In this document: in pieces, positions 30,083 through 39,878 of the stretch | Position numbering within the stretch: the stretch's first letter is position 1 | Layout: the number at the start of each line of letters is the position of its first letter | Source of the DNA: Lachnospiraceae bacterium Phil5 | Lineage (GTDB): Bacteria; Bacillota; Clostridia; TANB77; CAG-508 | Length of the DNA stretch: 64,000 bases | Direction: 5' to 3' | Assembly (NCBI GenBank): GCA_002633185.1 | Contig: NWBM01000002.1 | Coordinates: 145,640 to 209,639, forward strand | Notes under the pieces: generated by a model | The model's input: the letters and a program-made list of their open reading frames with translations, nothing else | The model's database searches: none | What the model was told of the DNA's origin: nothing | Program-made: the position numbers and the translations under genes

Positions 30083-31870
30083 ATGAATAAATTAATGAAA
30101 AAAATTAGCATTATACTATTTGTATTATTTGTAATTATATTAACACATAATTACGTTAATGCAGCTAATGCTACTTTAAATGCGAATTCTAAAGAAATAG
30201 AACTAGGTGATACAATAACTTTAAATGCCAGTGTCACAGCGGCACAATGGAAATTAAATATAAATATTAATGGTAGTTCAATAGCAAATTCAAAAGAATT
30301 AGACAATTACGAAAAGAATATAACTAAAAATTTTAGTGGTACGTATAAACCTACAGCTGCAGGAACATATACTTTTAATTTGACTGGTGATATAACAGAT
30401 GTTGATCAAACAAATTTGCCTGTAAATAAGTCTTATACGGTTACTGTGAAAGAAAAACAGACACAACAACAGCAACAAACTCAGCAACAAACACAAACTC
30501 AAACACAAACTCAACAAACAACTCAACAACAACAGACACAACAACAAACTACACAACAGCAACAACAAGCTCAGCCAACAGAACCAAACTTTACAAACAC
30601 AAATCAAACAATGTATACAACTGGAAATATAAATTTACGTTCAAGCTGGTCAACAAGTTCAGCAGCGGTTAGTGTTCCAGCTGGAACTGAAGTTACAGTT
30701 ACAGCAACTTCAACTAATAAAGTAAATGGATATGTTTGGTACAAAGTTTCATATAATGGTCAAACAAAATATGTTGCCAGTGGTTTATTAACATCAACAA
30801 AACCAGAAGAAAAGAAAGAAGAAGAGAAAAAAGAGGAAGAAAAGAAGGAAGAACAAAAAGAAGAAAAATCAACAAATAAAGCTCTTAAAACATTAGAAGT
30901 AGAAGGGTATACATTAGATCCAGCATTTACATCAGAAACAACAAAATATACATTAAAATTAAAAGATACAGACACATCATTAAAAGTTAAAGCTGTTGCA
31001 TCAGATGAAACCAAGGCAAAAGTAAATATAGAAGGTGCAGACAATTTATCTACAGGAAACAATATTGTTAAAATCACTGTAACAGCTGAAGATGGAACAA
31101 CAAGAATATACACAATTACAGCAATGAAAGAAGGAGAAACAGCAAATGCAGATGAATTAAAACTTGCTTCATTAAAAGTTGCAAATGGTTCTTTAGATCC
31201 AGACTTTGATAAAGATGTAAAAACATATATTTTAGGAGTTGAAGATCCATCAAAAATAACTGCAGAAAGCATTACAGCAGTAGCTGCAGATGAAAATGTA
31301 AATATAACATTTGCTGTAAAAGATCAAAATGATGATGGTGAAAAAGTAATAACAATATTACTTGAATCAAAAGACGAAAAAGATACTAGAACAGGTGTAT
31401 ATCAAATAAATGTTAGAAAGGCTATTATTACAGAAACTACAATAGCTAAAGGACAATCAGATAAATCATTATATTACATATTTGGTGCGATAATTGGAGT
31501 TTTAATTATTTTAATAATAGCGATTATAATTGCATTAAAAAAGACATCTGGAGACGATGACTATGATGACGATTATGATGATGAAGATGAATATGATGAA
31601 GCAGATGATAATTACGAAGATGATTACGAAGATAGAAATTCAAAATCACCTAGATATGACAAATCTTTAAAAGATGCAATAGATGAAGCAAATACAATAT
31701 ATGATTATGATGCAGATGATGATTTATCACCAAAATCACAAATTTTAAGTAATAAACTTCCAAATAGAAGAAATAAGATGGATGAAACTCAAATGTTTGA
31801 TAGCGATAAATTCAATGAAATTTCACAAACGAATGCAGAATTGTCAAAAAGAAGAGGAAAACACTTTTAA
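30083..31870 (+). CDS. Surface protein: signal peptide, Q/T linker, SH3b, E/K linker, two cadherin-like beta-sandwich modules, a TM segment and an acidic cytoplasmic tail
   Basis: LKTLEVEGYTLDPAFTSETTKYTLKL and LASLKVANGSLDPDFDKDVKTYILGV are cadherin-like beta-sandwich motifs. TM segment YYIFGAIIGVLIILIIAIIIAL. Tail DDDYDDDYDDEDEYDE. Confidence 0.65.
   Translation: MNKLMKKISIILFVLFVIILTHNYVNAANATLNANSKEIELGDTITLNASVTAAQWKLNININGSSIANSKELDNYEKNITKNFSGTYKPTAAGTYTFNLTGDITDVDQTNLPVNKSYTVTVKEKQTQQQQQTQQQTQTQTQTQQTTQQQQTQQQTTQQQQQAQPTEPNFTNTNQTMYTTGNINLRSSWSTSSAAVSVPAGTEVTVTATSTNKVNGYVWYKVSYNGQTKYVASGLLTSTKPEEKKEEEKKEEEKKEEQKEEKSTNKALKTLEVEGYTLDPAFTSETTKYTLKLKDTDTSLKVKAVASDETKAKVNIEGADNLSTGNNIVKITVTAEDGTTRIYTITAMKEGETANADELKLASLKVANGSLDPDFDKDVKTYILGVEDPSKITAESITAVAADENVNITFAVKDQNDDGEKVITILLESKDEKDTRTGVYQINVRKAIITETTIAKGQSDKSLYYIFGAIIGVLIILIIAIIIALKKTSGDDDYDDDYDDEDEYDEADDNYEDDYEDRNSKSPRYDKSLKDAIDEANTIYDYDADDDLSPKSQILSNKLPNRRNKMDETQMFDSDKFNEISQTNAELSKRRGKHF
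30461..30573 (+). repeat. CAA/ACA-rich coding repeat (Gln/Thr linker)
   Basis: Encodes QTQQQQQTQQQTQTQTQTQQTTQQQQTQQQTTQQQQQAQ. Confidence 0.8.
30805..30868 (+). repeat. Near-pure polypurine tract (Glu/Lys linker)
   Basis: 64 nt of A/G with a single C, encoding EEKKEEEKKEEEKKEEQKEEK. Confidence 0.8.
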
Positions 31871-31875
31871 TATAA

Positions 31876-31911
31876 AATGTTGAAGTACATATGTGCTTCA
31901 ACATTTTTTTC
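31876..31911 (+). terminator. Rho-independent terminator
   Basis: aatgttgaagtac / gtgcttcaacatt followed by T7. Confidence 0.8.
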
Positions 31912-31970
31912 TTGATAAATACTCAAAATAATGTTATTATATATAAGTAATTAAGAAAGGAGTGTTACTA

Positions 31971-32744
31971 ATGAAAATTTTAGCAATAGGAGATATTGTT
32001 GGAGAAAATGGTGTTAACAAATTAAAAACAGAATTACCAAGAATTAGAGAAGAAGAAAATATAGATTTTGTAATAGTAAATGCAGAAAACTCTGCAGGAG
32101 GAATGGGTATTACAACTGGCATATTTGAAACATTAAAAAAATTAAATGTAGATACTATAACGATGGGAAATCATACCTGGGGGAAAAAAGATATTTTTTC
32201 TTTCATAGATGATCCAAAACTTTTAAGACCAGCAAATTATTCTAAAGGAGTTGTTGGAAAAGGGCTTGGAATTTATGATTGTAAAGGAAAGAAAGTAGCT
32301 GTTATGAATTTAATTGGAAGAACAGATATGAATGTGCTTTCTGAAAATCCATTTACAGTTGCTAGTGATTTAGTAAATAGTATAGCAGATAAAGCTGATA
32401 TAATAATAATAGATTTCCATGCAGAAGCTACAGCTGAAAAAATAGCGATGGCTATGTATTTAGATGGAAAAATAACCGCTTTATTTGGTACACATACACA
32501 TGTTCAAACTGCAGATGAACAAATTTTAGAGAATGGAACAGCATATATAACTGATATAGGAATGACAGGACCAAAAAATTCTGTAATTGGAATGGATCCT
32601 ACTGCATCTATAAAAAGATTTGTTACATCATTACCAGAAAGATATAAATTAGCTGAAGGCGATTGTATTTTGAATGGTTGTGTATTTGAAATAAATGACG
32701 ATAATTGTCGAGTAGAAAAGATTAAAAGAATATTTATTAGATAA
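31971..32744 (+). CDS. ymdB: YmdB-family metallophosphoesterase (TIGR00282)
   Basis: MKILAIGDIVGENGV...VIVNAENSAGGMGIT...TMGNHTW...DFHAEATAEK...GTHTHVQTADE. AAGGAG precedes ATG 31971. Confidence 0.85.
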   Translation: MKILAIGDIVGENGVNKLKTELPRIREEENIDFVIVNAENSAGGMGITTGIFETLKKLNVDTITMGNHTWGKKDIFSFIDDPKLLRPANYSKGVVGKGLGIYDCKGKKVAVMNLIGRTDMNVLSENPFTVASDLVNSIADKADIIIIDFHAEATAEKIAMAMYLDGKITALFGTHTHVQTADEQILENGTAYITDIGMTGPKNSVIGMDPTASIKRFVTSLPERYKLAEGDCILNGCVFEINDDNCRVEKIKRIFIR

Positions 32745-32876
32745 CGCGAAAAATATGTCGAAAACGGACGAACGATTCATTGATTTTTTCTTAGAAACTA
32801 CTAGACTTCCAGACTTCTATATATTATAAATATACATGTAAATAAAATACAAAAATAAAAACATAGGAGGCAAAAA

Positions 32877-33140
32877 ATGGAAGTTTTAAAAATTTCATCA
32901 AAATCAAATCCAAATTCAGTTGCGGGAGCAATAGCTGGATTAGTAAAGGAGAATAGTTATGCAGAAATGCAGGCAATAGGCGCAGGAGCTCTAAATCAAG
33001 CAGTTAAGGCAGTAGCAATAGCAAGAGGTTTTGTAGCACCATCTGGTGTAGATTTAGTTTGTGTACCAGCATTTGCAGAGGTTCAAGTTGAAGGAGAAGA
33101 AAGAACTGGCATTAAGCTGATTATTGAATCAAGAAAATAA
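32877..33140 (+). CDS. spoVS: Stage V sporulation protein S
   Basis: MEVLKISSKSNPNSVAGAIAGLVKE...MQAIGAGALNQAVKAVAIARGF is near-canonical for SpoVS. Confidence 0.95.
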   Translation: MEVLKISSKSNPNSVAGAIAGLVKENSYAEMQAIGAGALNQAVKAVAIARGFVAPSGVDLVCVPAFAEVQVEGEERTGIKLIIESRK

Positions 33141-33308
33141 AATTTTGGGGGACTTTTTATAAGGTTCCCTTTTTGTTTTTTAATTCATGTATAAAAATAT
33201 GTGTAAGATTATTATTTAGGTGGTAAAATTATTATAATATACTTGAAAAAATGAAATGTGTAGGTTATTATAAAGAAAATTAAAAATGAAAAGGTGCAAA
33301 AGTTATTT

Positions 33309-34883
33309 ATGAAATTAAGAAAAGGTAGAGTTTTTTTAGTTTGTTTGATAATTGGAATAGTTATTGGAGTTGCAATATACATTACCAATAAAAATCAATC
33401 TTCTAAAAAGATTGTTAAAACGTCTGATGAGCAAACAGAATATCAAGATAGTATACGATTAGGAGTTTCTAATTTTGACACAATAAATCCTATTTTAACT
33501 AAAAATAATGTAATGATAAATATTAATAAGCTTATTTTTGATTCATTATTTGAAATTACAAGTGGATATAAACTAGAAGGATGTTTAGTAAAAGAATATG
33601 CAAAAACATCAGCTAATACCTATGTAATAAAGGTTGATGATTCTATTAAATGGTCAGATGGAACTTCATTTTCTGCTAAGGATGTAAAATATACAATAGA
33701 TTTAATCAAATCAAGAGAGAATATTTTTTCGGAAAATGTAAGAAATATTGATAAAGTCGAGGTTATTGATGACAGTACTATAAAAATCACATTATTACAA
33801 GAAGAACCATTTTTTGAATATAACTTAATATTTCCGATAGTAAGTAAAAATTATTATGGAGATGAGGATTTTTTTGCTAGCAATAAAAAGCCAATAGGAA
33901 CTGGAAGATATATAATAGATTCTATTACAAATACACAAATTACGCTATTAAAGAATCCAAATTACATTAAAGAAAAAAATAAAAATGAAAATATCAATAA
34001 AATTTATATAAACCTATTTAATGAAATAGGTGAATTATATAATAGTTTTAAAATGGGAAATATAGATGTATTTAATGCTTCAAGTATGCAATATAAAAAT
34101 TATATAGGAACATTAGGCTATTATGTAAAAGATTACAAAGGAAGAGAATTTGATTTTTTAAGTTGTAATTGTAATGATTATATAATGAAAGATGTAGCTG
34201 TTAGACAAGCTATAAACTATGCTATAGATAAGGATAAACTTGTATCTAGCGTGTATAACAATAGTCATTATAAATCAAGTTATTTCTTAGATTATGGAAA
34301 TTATTTATATTCTTCAGATTATATACAAGATTACTACAGTTTAGAACAAGCAAAAGAAATTTTGATTAACGGTGGTTGGACATTTTCAAATAATACATGG
34401 AGAAAAAATGGAATAGTTCTTAATTTAAATATTTCTTATAATTCTAGTAATAAAAAAAGAGGAGAAGTTGCCAAAGCTATAAAAAGTCAATTAGAAGAAA
34501 TTGGTATTAATGTTAATATAAGAGAATTATCAGATTATGAATATAATTCTTGCATTAATAATAAAAACTATCAAATTTTGTTGACAGGAATTTATAATGG
34601 ATATAGTCCTAATTTGAGCTATTTCTATAATGATAATAACCTTGCCAATTATAACAATGAAACAATTAAAAATTTAATAAACGAAGTTTTAAGTATTACA
34701 GATGAAAAAGTATTAAAAGAAAAATATGAACAAATAATTAGAATTTCTAATTCAGATTGTGCTTATATTGGCTTATATAGAAATAAAAATTCAATAGTTA
34801 TAAGTAGAAATATGTCTGGTAATTTTGAACCAAATAATAATTGTATTTTTAACAATTTTGAGACATGGAATAGAGTTAAATAA
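33309..34883 (+). CDS. Family 5 (peptide/nickel type) ABC substrate-binding protein homologue, N-terminally anchored
   Basis: The fold-family motifs (IKWSDGTSFSAKDVKYTI, IGTGRY) are seen. No cognate permease or ATPase is nearby. The start is uncertain (GTG 33294 or ATG 33309). Confidence 0.65.
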   Translation: MKLRKGRVFLVCLIIGIVIGVAIYITNKNQSSKKIVKTSDEQTEYQDSIRLGVSNFDTINPILTKNNVMININKLIFDSLFEITSGYKLEGCLVKEYAKTSANTYVIKVDDSIKWSDGTSFSAKDVKYTIDLIKSRENIFSENVRNIDKVEVIDDSTIKITLLQEEPFFEYNLIFPIVSKNYYGDEDFFASNKKPIGTGRYIIDSITNTQITLLKNPNYIKEKNKNENINKIYINLFNEIGELYNSFKMGNIDVFNASSMQYKNYIGTLGYYVKDYKGREFDFLSCNCNDYIMKDVAVRQAINYAIDKDKLVSSVYNNSHYKSSYFLDYGNYLYSSDYIQDYYSLEQAKEILINGGWTFSNNTWRKNGIVLNLNISYNSSNKKRGEVAKAIKSQLEEIGINVNIRELSDYEYNSCINNKNYQILLTGIYNGYSPNLSYFYNDNNLANYNNETIKNLINEVLSITDEKVLKEKYEQIIRISNSDCAYIGLYRNKNSIVISRNMSGNFEPNNNCIFNNFETWNRVK

Positions 34884-34911
34884 ATAAAATCCAAAAAATT
34901 TAAAAATAGTA

Positions 34912-34940
34912 TTGACAAAAATTTAAAAGTTAGATAATAT
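34912..34940 (+). promoter_or_regulatory. recA promoter (TTGACA-17-TAATAT)
   Basis: Hexamers at 34912-34917 and 34935-34940. Confidence 0.6.
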
Positions 34941-34947
34941 TAATAAG

Positions 34948-34961
34948 ACAAACAGATGTTT
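34948..34961 (+). promoter_or_regulatory. Candidate LexA (Cheo-type) operator
   Basis: acAAACagatGTTT is a palindrome between the -10 and the SD of recA. It is a degenerate match to GAAC-N4-GTTC. Confidence 0.4.
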
Positions 34962-34985
34962 AATAAAAACAAAGGAGAGATAATT

Positions 34986-36035
34986 ATGGAAAATACAGAA
35001 AAGAAAAAAGCACTAGATGCTGCAATAGGGCAGATTGAAAAACAATTTGGTAAAGGATCAGTTATGAAATTAGGAGACTTTACTGCAATGAATGTAGAAG
35101 CTATACCAACAGGAGCATTAAGCTTAGATGTTGCATTAGGTATAGGTGGTATTCCAAGAGGAAGAATAATAGAAGTGTTTGGCCCAGAATCTTCTGGTAA
35201 AACAACACTTGCTTTACATATGATTTCTGAAGCACAAAAATTGGGCGGAGAAGCTGCATTTATAGATGCTGAGCATGCACTAGACCCAGTTTATGCGAAA
35301 CATTTAGGTGTAGATATAGATAATTTAATAGTTTCTCAACCAGATACTGGGGAACAAGCATTAGAAATAGCGGAAGCATTGGTTAGAAGTGGTGCGTTGG
35401 ATATAATTGTAGTAGACTCAGTTGCTGCATTAGTTCCAAAAGCTGAAATTGATGGAGATATGGGGGATTCTCATATTGGTCTACAAGCTAGATTAATGTC
35501 ACAAGCATTAAGAAAATTAGCAGGAGCTATTAACAAAACAAAAACTGTAATAGTATTTATAAACCAATTAAGAGAAAAAGTTGGAGTAATGTTTGGAAAT
35601 CCTGAAACTACACCAGGTGGACGTGCATTAAAATTCTATGCATCTGTAAGACTTGATATTAGAAGAGTAGAAACATTAAAACAAGATGGAGAAGTTGTTG
35701 GAAATAGAGCAAAAGTTAAAGTTGTTAAAAACAAAGTTGCTCCACCATTTAGAGAAGCTGAATTTGATATTATGTATGGAAAAGGAATATCAAAAGAAGG
35801 AAACTTAGTGGATTTAGCAGTAAATCTAGATATTATAGAAAAGAGCGGCTCATGGTTTAGTTATAATGATGAAAGAATAGGTCAAGGTAGAGAAAATGTA
35901 AAGAAATTCTTAATAGAAAATCCTAAGATTATGGCTGAAATTGAACAAAAAATTAGAGATAATTTCAACAAAGCCTTTGAACAAAGCTTATTAGATGAAG
36001 ACGATAAAAAAGATGATGAAGAAGAGGAAGATTAA
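34986..36035 (+). CDS. recA: Recombinase A
   Basis: [22 protein letters not shown]...[12 protein letters not shown]...IVVDSVAAL. Confidence 0.97.
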   Translation: MENTEKKKALDAAIGQIEKQFGKGSVMKLGDFTAMNVEAIPTGALSLDVALGIGGIPRGRIIEVFGPESSGKTTLALHMISEAQKLGGEAAFIDAEHALDPVYAKHLGVDIDNLIVSQPDTGEQALEIAEALVRSGALDIIVVDSVAALVPKAEIDGDMGDSHIGLQARLMSQALRKLAGAINKTKTVIVFINQLREKVGVMFGNPETTPGGRALKFYASVRLDIRRVETLKQDGEVVGNRAKVKVVKNKVAPPFREAEFDIMYGKGISKEGNLVDLAVNLDIIEKSGSWFSYNDERIGQGRENVKKFLIENPKIMAEIEQKIRDNFNKAFEQSLLDEDDKKDDEEEED

Positions 36036-36038
36036 TAA

Positions 36039-36503
36039 ATGTATTCTAACGATTATGAAAAACTTAAAGAATTTGATAAAATGAAATCTAAAGTTTTAAA
36101 ATATGCTTTATATAAGAAAAGGACAGAGCAGGAAATTAGACAAAAATTTGCAAAAGACCTTGAAGAAAATATGTTAAATGATATAATAGAGGTACTTAAA
36201 CAAAATGCGTATATAGATGATAATAATTACATTAAAAGAACTGTAGATGAATACATGAAATTAAAGAATTTATCACTAAAAGAAGTTAGGTATAAACTAA
36301 TTGCAAAAGGAATAAAAAGCAGCATGATTGAAGATTTTATTTCAGATAATTATGATGAAATGAATGAATATGAAATACAATCTGCATATAACATTATTTG
36401 CAAAAAAAGACCAACTATGGAAGATGAAGATATAAAAATATACTTAATGAAAAAAGGATATTCAAGTGATAGTATAAAGAATGCTTTATTATCATTAGAA
36501 TAG
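36039..36503 (+). CDS. recX: RecX-like regulatory protein
   Basis: Its position is immediately after recA. It has helical repeats with KYALYKKRTEQEIRQKF and IKIYLMKKGYSSDSI. Confidence 0.7.
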   Translation: MYSNDYEKLKEFDKMKSKVLKYALYKKRTEQEIRQKFAKDLEENMLNDIIEVLKQNAYIDDNNYIKRTVDEYMKLKNLSLKEVRYKLIAKGIKSSMIEDFISDNYDEMNEYEIQSAYNIICKKRPTMEDEDIKIYLMKKGYSSDSIKNALLSLE

Positions 36504-36530
36504 AACTGCAAAAGAAAGGGCTGTAAAATA

Positions 36531-37280
36531 ATGCAGAATATATTAACTTTAGAGACAAACAAATATGAAATTAAAATTGAGAATTTTGAAGGACCATTAG
36601 ATTTGTTATGTCACTTAATTGAAAAAAACAAAATGGATATATTTCAAGTAAATATAAGTGATATAACAGATCAGTATATAGAATACATACATCAAATGGA
36701 GCAGATGAACTTAGAGGTAACAAGTGAATTCTTAATAATGGCTTCTACTCTACTATATTTAAAATCAAAAACTCTTTTACCAAAAGATACAATAGAAGAG
36801 GAAGAATTAACTGAAGAGCAATTATTACAAAGAATTATAGAGTATAAGAAATTTAAAGAAATTAGTAAGAAATTCAAAGAAATGTATGAACAAAATTGTA
36901 AAAGAATGTTCAAACTTCCTGATGAAATACAACTTCCGAAACAAAAATTAGAAAAAGAATATAGCAAAAATACAATCCCAGAAGTATATGCTAATGTTGT
37001 TAATAGTAATCAAACACGAATAAATAAGAATGCTAAAAACATAGAAAAAATAGCTATAACAGACACATATACTGTTGGAAGTAAAGTAAAAGATATGTAT
37101 AGAGAATTAATACGTCACAAGAAATTTGTATTCAATAAATTGTTTTCTGTTAAGAAGCATAACAAGAATGAAGTTGTAACAGCATTTGCTGGATTATTAG
37201 AAATGTCTAGAAGAAGCAAGATTCTTACAGAGCAAGAAGAAATATTCGGAGATATTACTGTAGTAAAGAAAAGAATCTAA
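36531..37280 (+). CDS. scpA: Segregation and condensation protein A
   Basis: FEGPLDLLCHLIEKNKMDIFQVNISDITDQYIEYI...ASTLLYLKSKTLLP. Confidence 0.85.
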   Translation: MQNILTLETNKYEIKIENFEGPLDLLCHLIEKNKMDIFQVNISDITDQYIEYIHQMEQMNLEVTSEFLIMASTLLYLKSKTLLPKDTIEEEELTEEQLLQRIIEYKKFKEISKKFKEMYEQNCKRMFKLPDEIQLPKQKLEKEYSKNTIPEVYANVVNSNQTRINKNAKNIEKIAITDTYTVGSKVKDMYRELIRHKKFVFNKLFSVKKHNKNEVVTAFAGLLEMSRRSKILTEQEEIFGDITVVKKRI

Positions 37281-37344
37281 GAATAGAATAGTAAAATATG
37301 GAAATAATAGTAGTAATAAACACTGTAAAAAAAGAGGTGTAAAT

Positions 37345-38007
37345 ATGCTACTATTTTTTTGTGTATTAACAATATTACTGTTTTTTTTTATTTTAATAAT
37401 TCTATTATCAGATATAAGATTAATAATAGATGATTATAAATATAGTAATTTTGAGAAGAGTGATAAAAATAAACAAGTTGGAAAAAAACGAATTGCTATA
37501 TATTTTTTAGGAAAGATAAAAGTAGTGGAGTTTAAGATAGACAATAAATCATCTATTAAGGACAACTGGAATGAGATTATAGAGAAGATAAATAAATCAA
37601 CTTACAGGAATAAAGAAAACAAATATATTGGAGGCACAATTTTTAGAGTGTTATTAAATAAAATACAGATAAAAAAATTTGTTTTATCTGTATTAATAAG
37701 CACTGAAGATCTTGAATTAACAGCATATTCAGTAGGTATAGTATCAGCTATAATTCCACTTTTAATAAGAAAAAATATAGAAAAAATAAACATAAATGAC
37801 TACAAAATAAAAATACAACCTGTTTATCAAAATAAAAATGCTGTGAGCATATCTTTAAGCTGTATATTTAGCATTAAAATAGTACATATTATAAATATGT
37901 TAAAAATATTAAAAAGCGGAAAGGGGATAAATAAAGATGAAAGAACATCCAATAGAAGGTCTAATGCTAACAGCTATGGAAAGCATAAGAAATATGATAG
38001 ATGTTAA
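37345..38007 (+). CDS. DUF2953/YtfI-like sporulation-associated membrane protein
   Basis: It has an N-terminal TM segment and the conserved position upstream of ytfJ. It overlaps ytfJ by 71 nt. Confidence 0.5.
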   Translation: MLLFFCVLTILLFFFILIILLSDIRLIIDDYKYSNFEKSDKNKQVGKKRIAIYFLGKIKVVEFKIDNKSSIKDNWNEIIEKINKSTYRNKENKYIGGTIFRVLLNKIQIKKFVLSVLISTEDLELTAYSVGIVSAIIPLLIRKNIEKININDYKIKIQPVYQNKNAVSISLSCIFSIKIVHIINMLKILKSGKGINKDERTSNRRSNANSYGKHKKYDRC

Positions 38008-38368
38008 CACAATAGTCGGAGAAACTATTGTAATATCAGATTCTGTTTCTATAATTCCAGTATCTAAATTAAGATTTGGTTTGGCTTCAGGAGGTAGTGA
38101 ATTTAATGGAGAAACAACAGAAAACTATTTAAAAAAACATGATGAAGAAGAGTTAATTCAATATAAGCTTCCATTTGGAGGTGGAGCAGGAGTTGGTGCA
38201 AGTATATCTCCTATTGCATTTATCGTTATTCAAGGAGATACAGTAAAATTATTACCTGTTGAACATCCTAATACAATTGACAAGCTTTTAGATTATACTC
38301 CAGATATTATTGAAAAAATAGAAAGTATATGCAATAAAAAACAGAAGGTTGAAAATAATTCTAATTAG
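37937..38368 (+). CDS. ytfJ: GerW/YtfJ-family sporulation protein
   Basis: HPIEGLMLTAMESIRNMIDVNTIVGE...PFGGGAGVGASISPIAFIVI. Confidence 0.85.
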   Translation: MKEHPIEGLMLTAMESIRNMIDVNTIVGETIVISDSVSIIPVSKLRFGLASGGSEFNGETTENYLKKHDEEELIQYKLPFGGGAGVGASISPIAFIVIQGDTVKLLPVEHPNTIDKLLDYTPDIIEKIESICNKKQKVENNSN

Positions 38369-38417
38369 TGATATAATAGCGTCATAAATTTTTTATAAAG
38401 AAAGGGGAGTTCCTTAT

Positions 38418-39437
38418 ATGGCAAATGTCAAAAAAGGAAAAAAACGGCACCACCAGGTAAATGAACGGAAGATATGGGTATATGTATTTGCAATACTCAT
38501 ACTTCTAATTCTTATCTGGTATGAGCACTATAGTGCTCAGCAGGAACAAAATGAAAGCGAATCAAGCAATTATTATGTAGAGGTAGAAGATGAGTCAGCA
38601 CCCACGGTATCTGATAAAGAACAACTACATTTGCATATGATTAGTTGTGGACAAGCTGATTCGTTTTTATTTGAGCAAAACGGACAATATGCACTTATTG
38701 ATTGTGGAACACGTTCAACAGGAAAAGATGTGGTTGAGTATATGCAAAAGATTGGAGTAAAAGAACTGCAGTTCATTGTAGGTACACACCCACACGACGA
38801 TCACATGGGGGGCATGGAGACTGTAATTGAAAATTTCAATTGCAAACAAATATACATGCCAAAAGTAGAAAACGGACTTATAACAGCCAACTGGTATTTA
38901 AGCTTAATGAAACATATTAAAAGAAAAAAAATTAAAGTAACAAATCCTAAAGTAAATGACAATTTTAATCTAGGCAGTGCACGGTTTTTGGTTGTTGGAC
39001 AATTGAGTTCAAAAGAAGCTGGACAAAATATTAATAACTATTCAACTGTTATAAAAGTATCTTTTGGAGAAATGGATATTTTGATGACAGGGGATGCAGA
39101 AACAACAGTAGAAGAAAAAATGCTTCAAAGTAATGTTTCCCTTGATTGCGAAATACTCAAAGTGGGTCATCATGGTTCTACTACATCTACATCCAAGGAG
39201 TTTTTAAATGCTGTTTCTCCCGAATATGCAATTATTTCATGTGGTATTGGAAACAAATATGAACATCCTTGCAAAGAGACAATGACAAAACTGAAAAAAG
39301 GCAAAATTGCAGTATACCGGACAGATGAGAGTGGTGATGTTGTTATTACTATTTCACCCAATGACATTAAATTTAATAAATCTCAAGGAGATTATATTGA
39401 TGGACCTACACTAGCTAAGAAGAAAGGGGTTGCTTAA
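38418..39437 (+). CDS. ComEC/Rec2-related MBL-fold hydrolase, N-terminally anchored (GC-richer)
   Basis: HMISCGQADSFLF...IVGTHPHDDHMGGM...LKVGHHGSTTSTS...AIISCG...YRTDESGDV. It contains 4 in-frame CGG codons. Confidence 0.8.
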   Translation: MANVKKGKKRHHQVNERKIWVYVFAILILLILIWYEHYSAQQEQNESESSNYYVEVEDESAPTVSDKEQLHLHMISCGQADSFLFEQNGQYALIDCGTRSTGKDVVEYMQKIGVKELQFIVGTHPHDDHMGGMETVIENFNCKQIYMPKVENGLITANWYLSLMKHIKRKKIKVTNPKVNDNFNLGSARFLVVGQLSSKEAGQNINNYSTVIKVSFGEMDILMTGDAETTVEEKMLQSNVSLDCEILKVGHHGSTTSTSKEFLNAVSPEYAIISCGIGNKYEHPCKETMTKLKKGKIAVYRTDESGDVVITISPNDIKFNKSQGDYIDGPTLAKKKGVA

Positions 39438-39439
39438 AA

Positions 39440-39721
39440 ATGCTGAGTTTTATGTCGGTTGATCGTGTTGAGGGAGATTATGTAGTTTGTGAAGTAGAAA
39501 ATATTACTACATTAGATTCTCCTACAATGGACTTCTGTGATAAACTTGATGAATGTTTTATGGCAGAAATTCCAAAGAGCATGTTTTACTCTAAAAAATT
39601 GCCAATTATTCAAGGTATGGTGTATACTGTTATTCATAATGGTGAAACAATTGATGAAGTTCATGCAATTGATAGATGTGAACACGCACGCAGAGTTCGT
39701 GAGTTAGAATCCTTGTTCTAA
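39440..39721 (+). CDS. DUF3006-like small protein, the usual partner of ComEC-type MBL genes
   Basis: MSVDRVEGDYVVCEVEN. Its start lies 2 nt after the upstream stop. Confidence 0.55.
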   Translation: MLSFMSVDRVEGDYVVCEVENITTLDSPTMDFCDKLDECFMAEIPKSMFYSKKLPIIQGMVYTVIHNGETIDEVHAIDRCEHARRVRELESLF

Positions 39722-39728
39722 AAATTAT

Positions 39729-39782
39729 TATCAAGGCAAATAACTAGTTATAAAACTTTGTTATTTGCCTTGATTTTTTTGA
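39729..39782 (+). terminator. Rho-independent terminator
   Basis: tcaaggcaaataac / gttatttgccttga followed by T8. Confidence 0.85.
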
Positions 39783-39807
39783 CAAAAATTTTCAAATATG
39801 GTAAAAT
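39779..39807 (+). promoter_or_regulatory. Sigma-A promoter (TTGACA-17-TGgTAAAAT)
   Basis: Hexamers at 39779-39784 and 39802-39807. Confidence 0.6.
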
Positions 39808-39878
39808 ATAAATGCTGTGAAAAATATAAGTAAAAATACAAAAAAATGTAAAAAAATAAAGAAAAAGGAAGAAGAAAA

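Noticed and set aside
37937-38007. The 71-nt overlap between the DUF2953 gene and ytfJ as another frameshift site.
   Set aside because: There is no CGG in the overlap. Both frames are intact, and ytfJ has its own SD and a canonical N-terminus.
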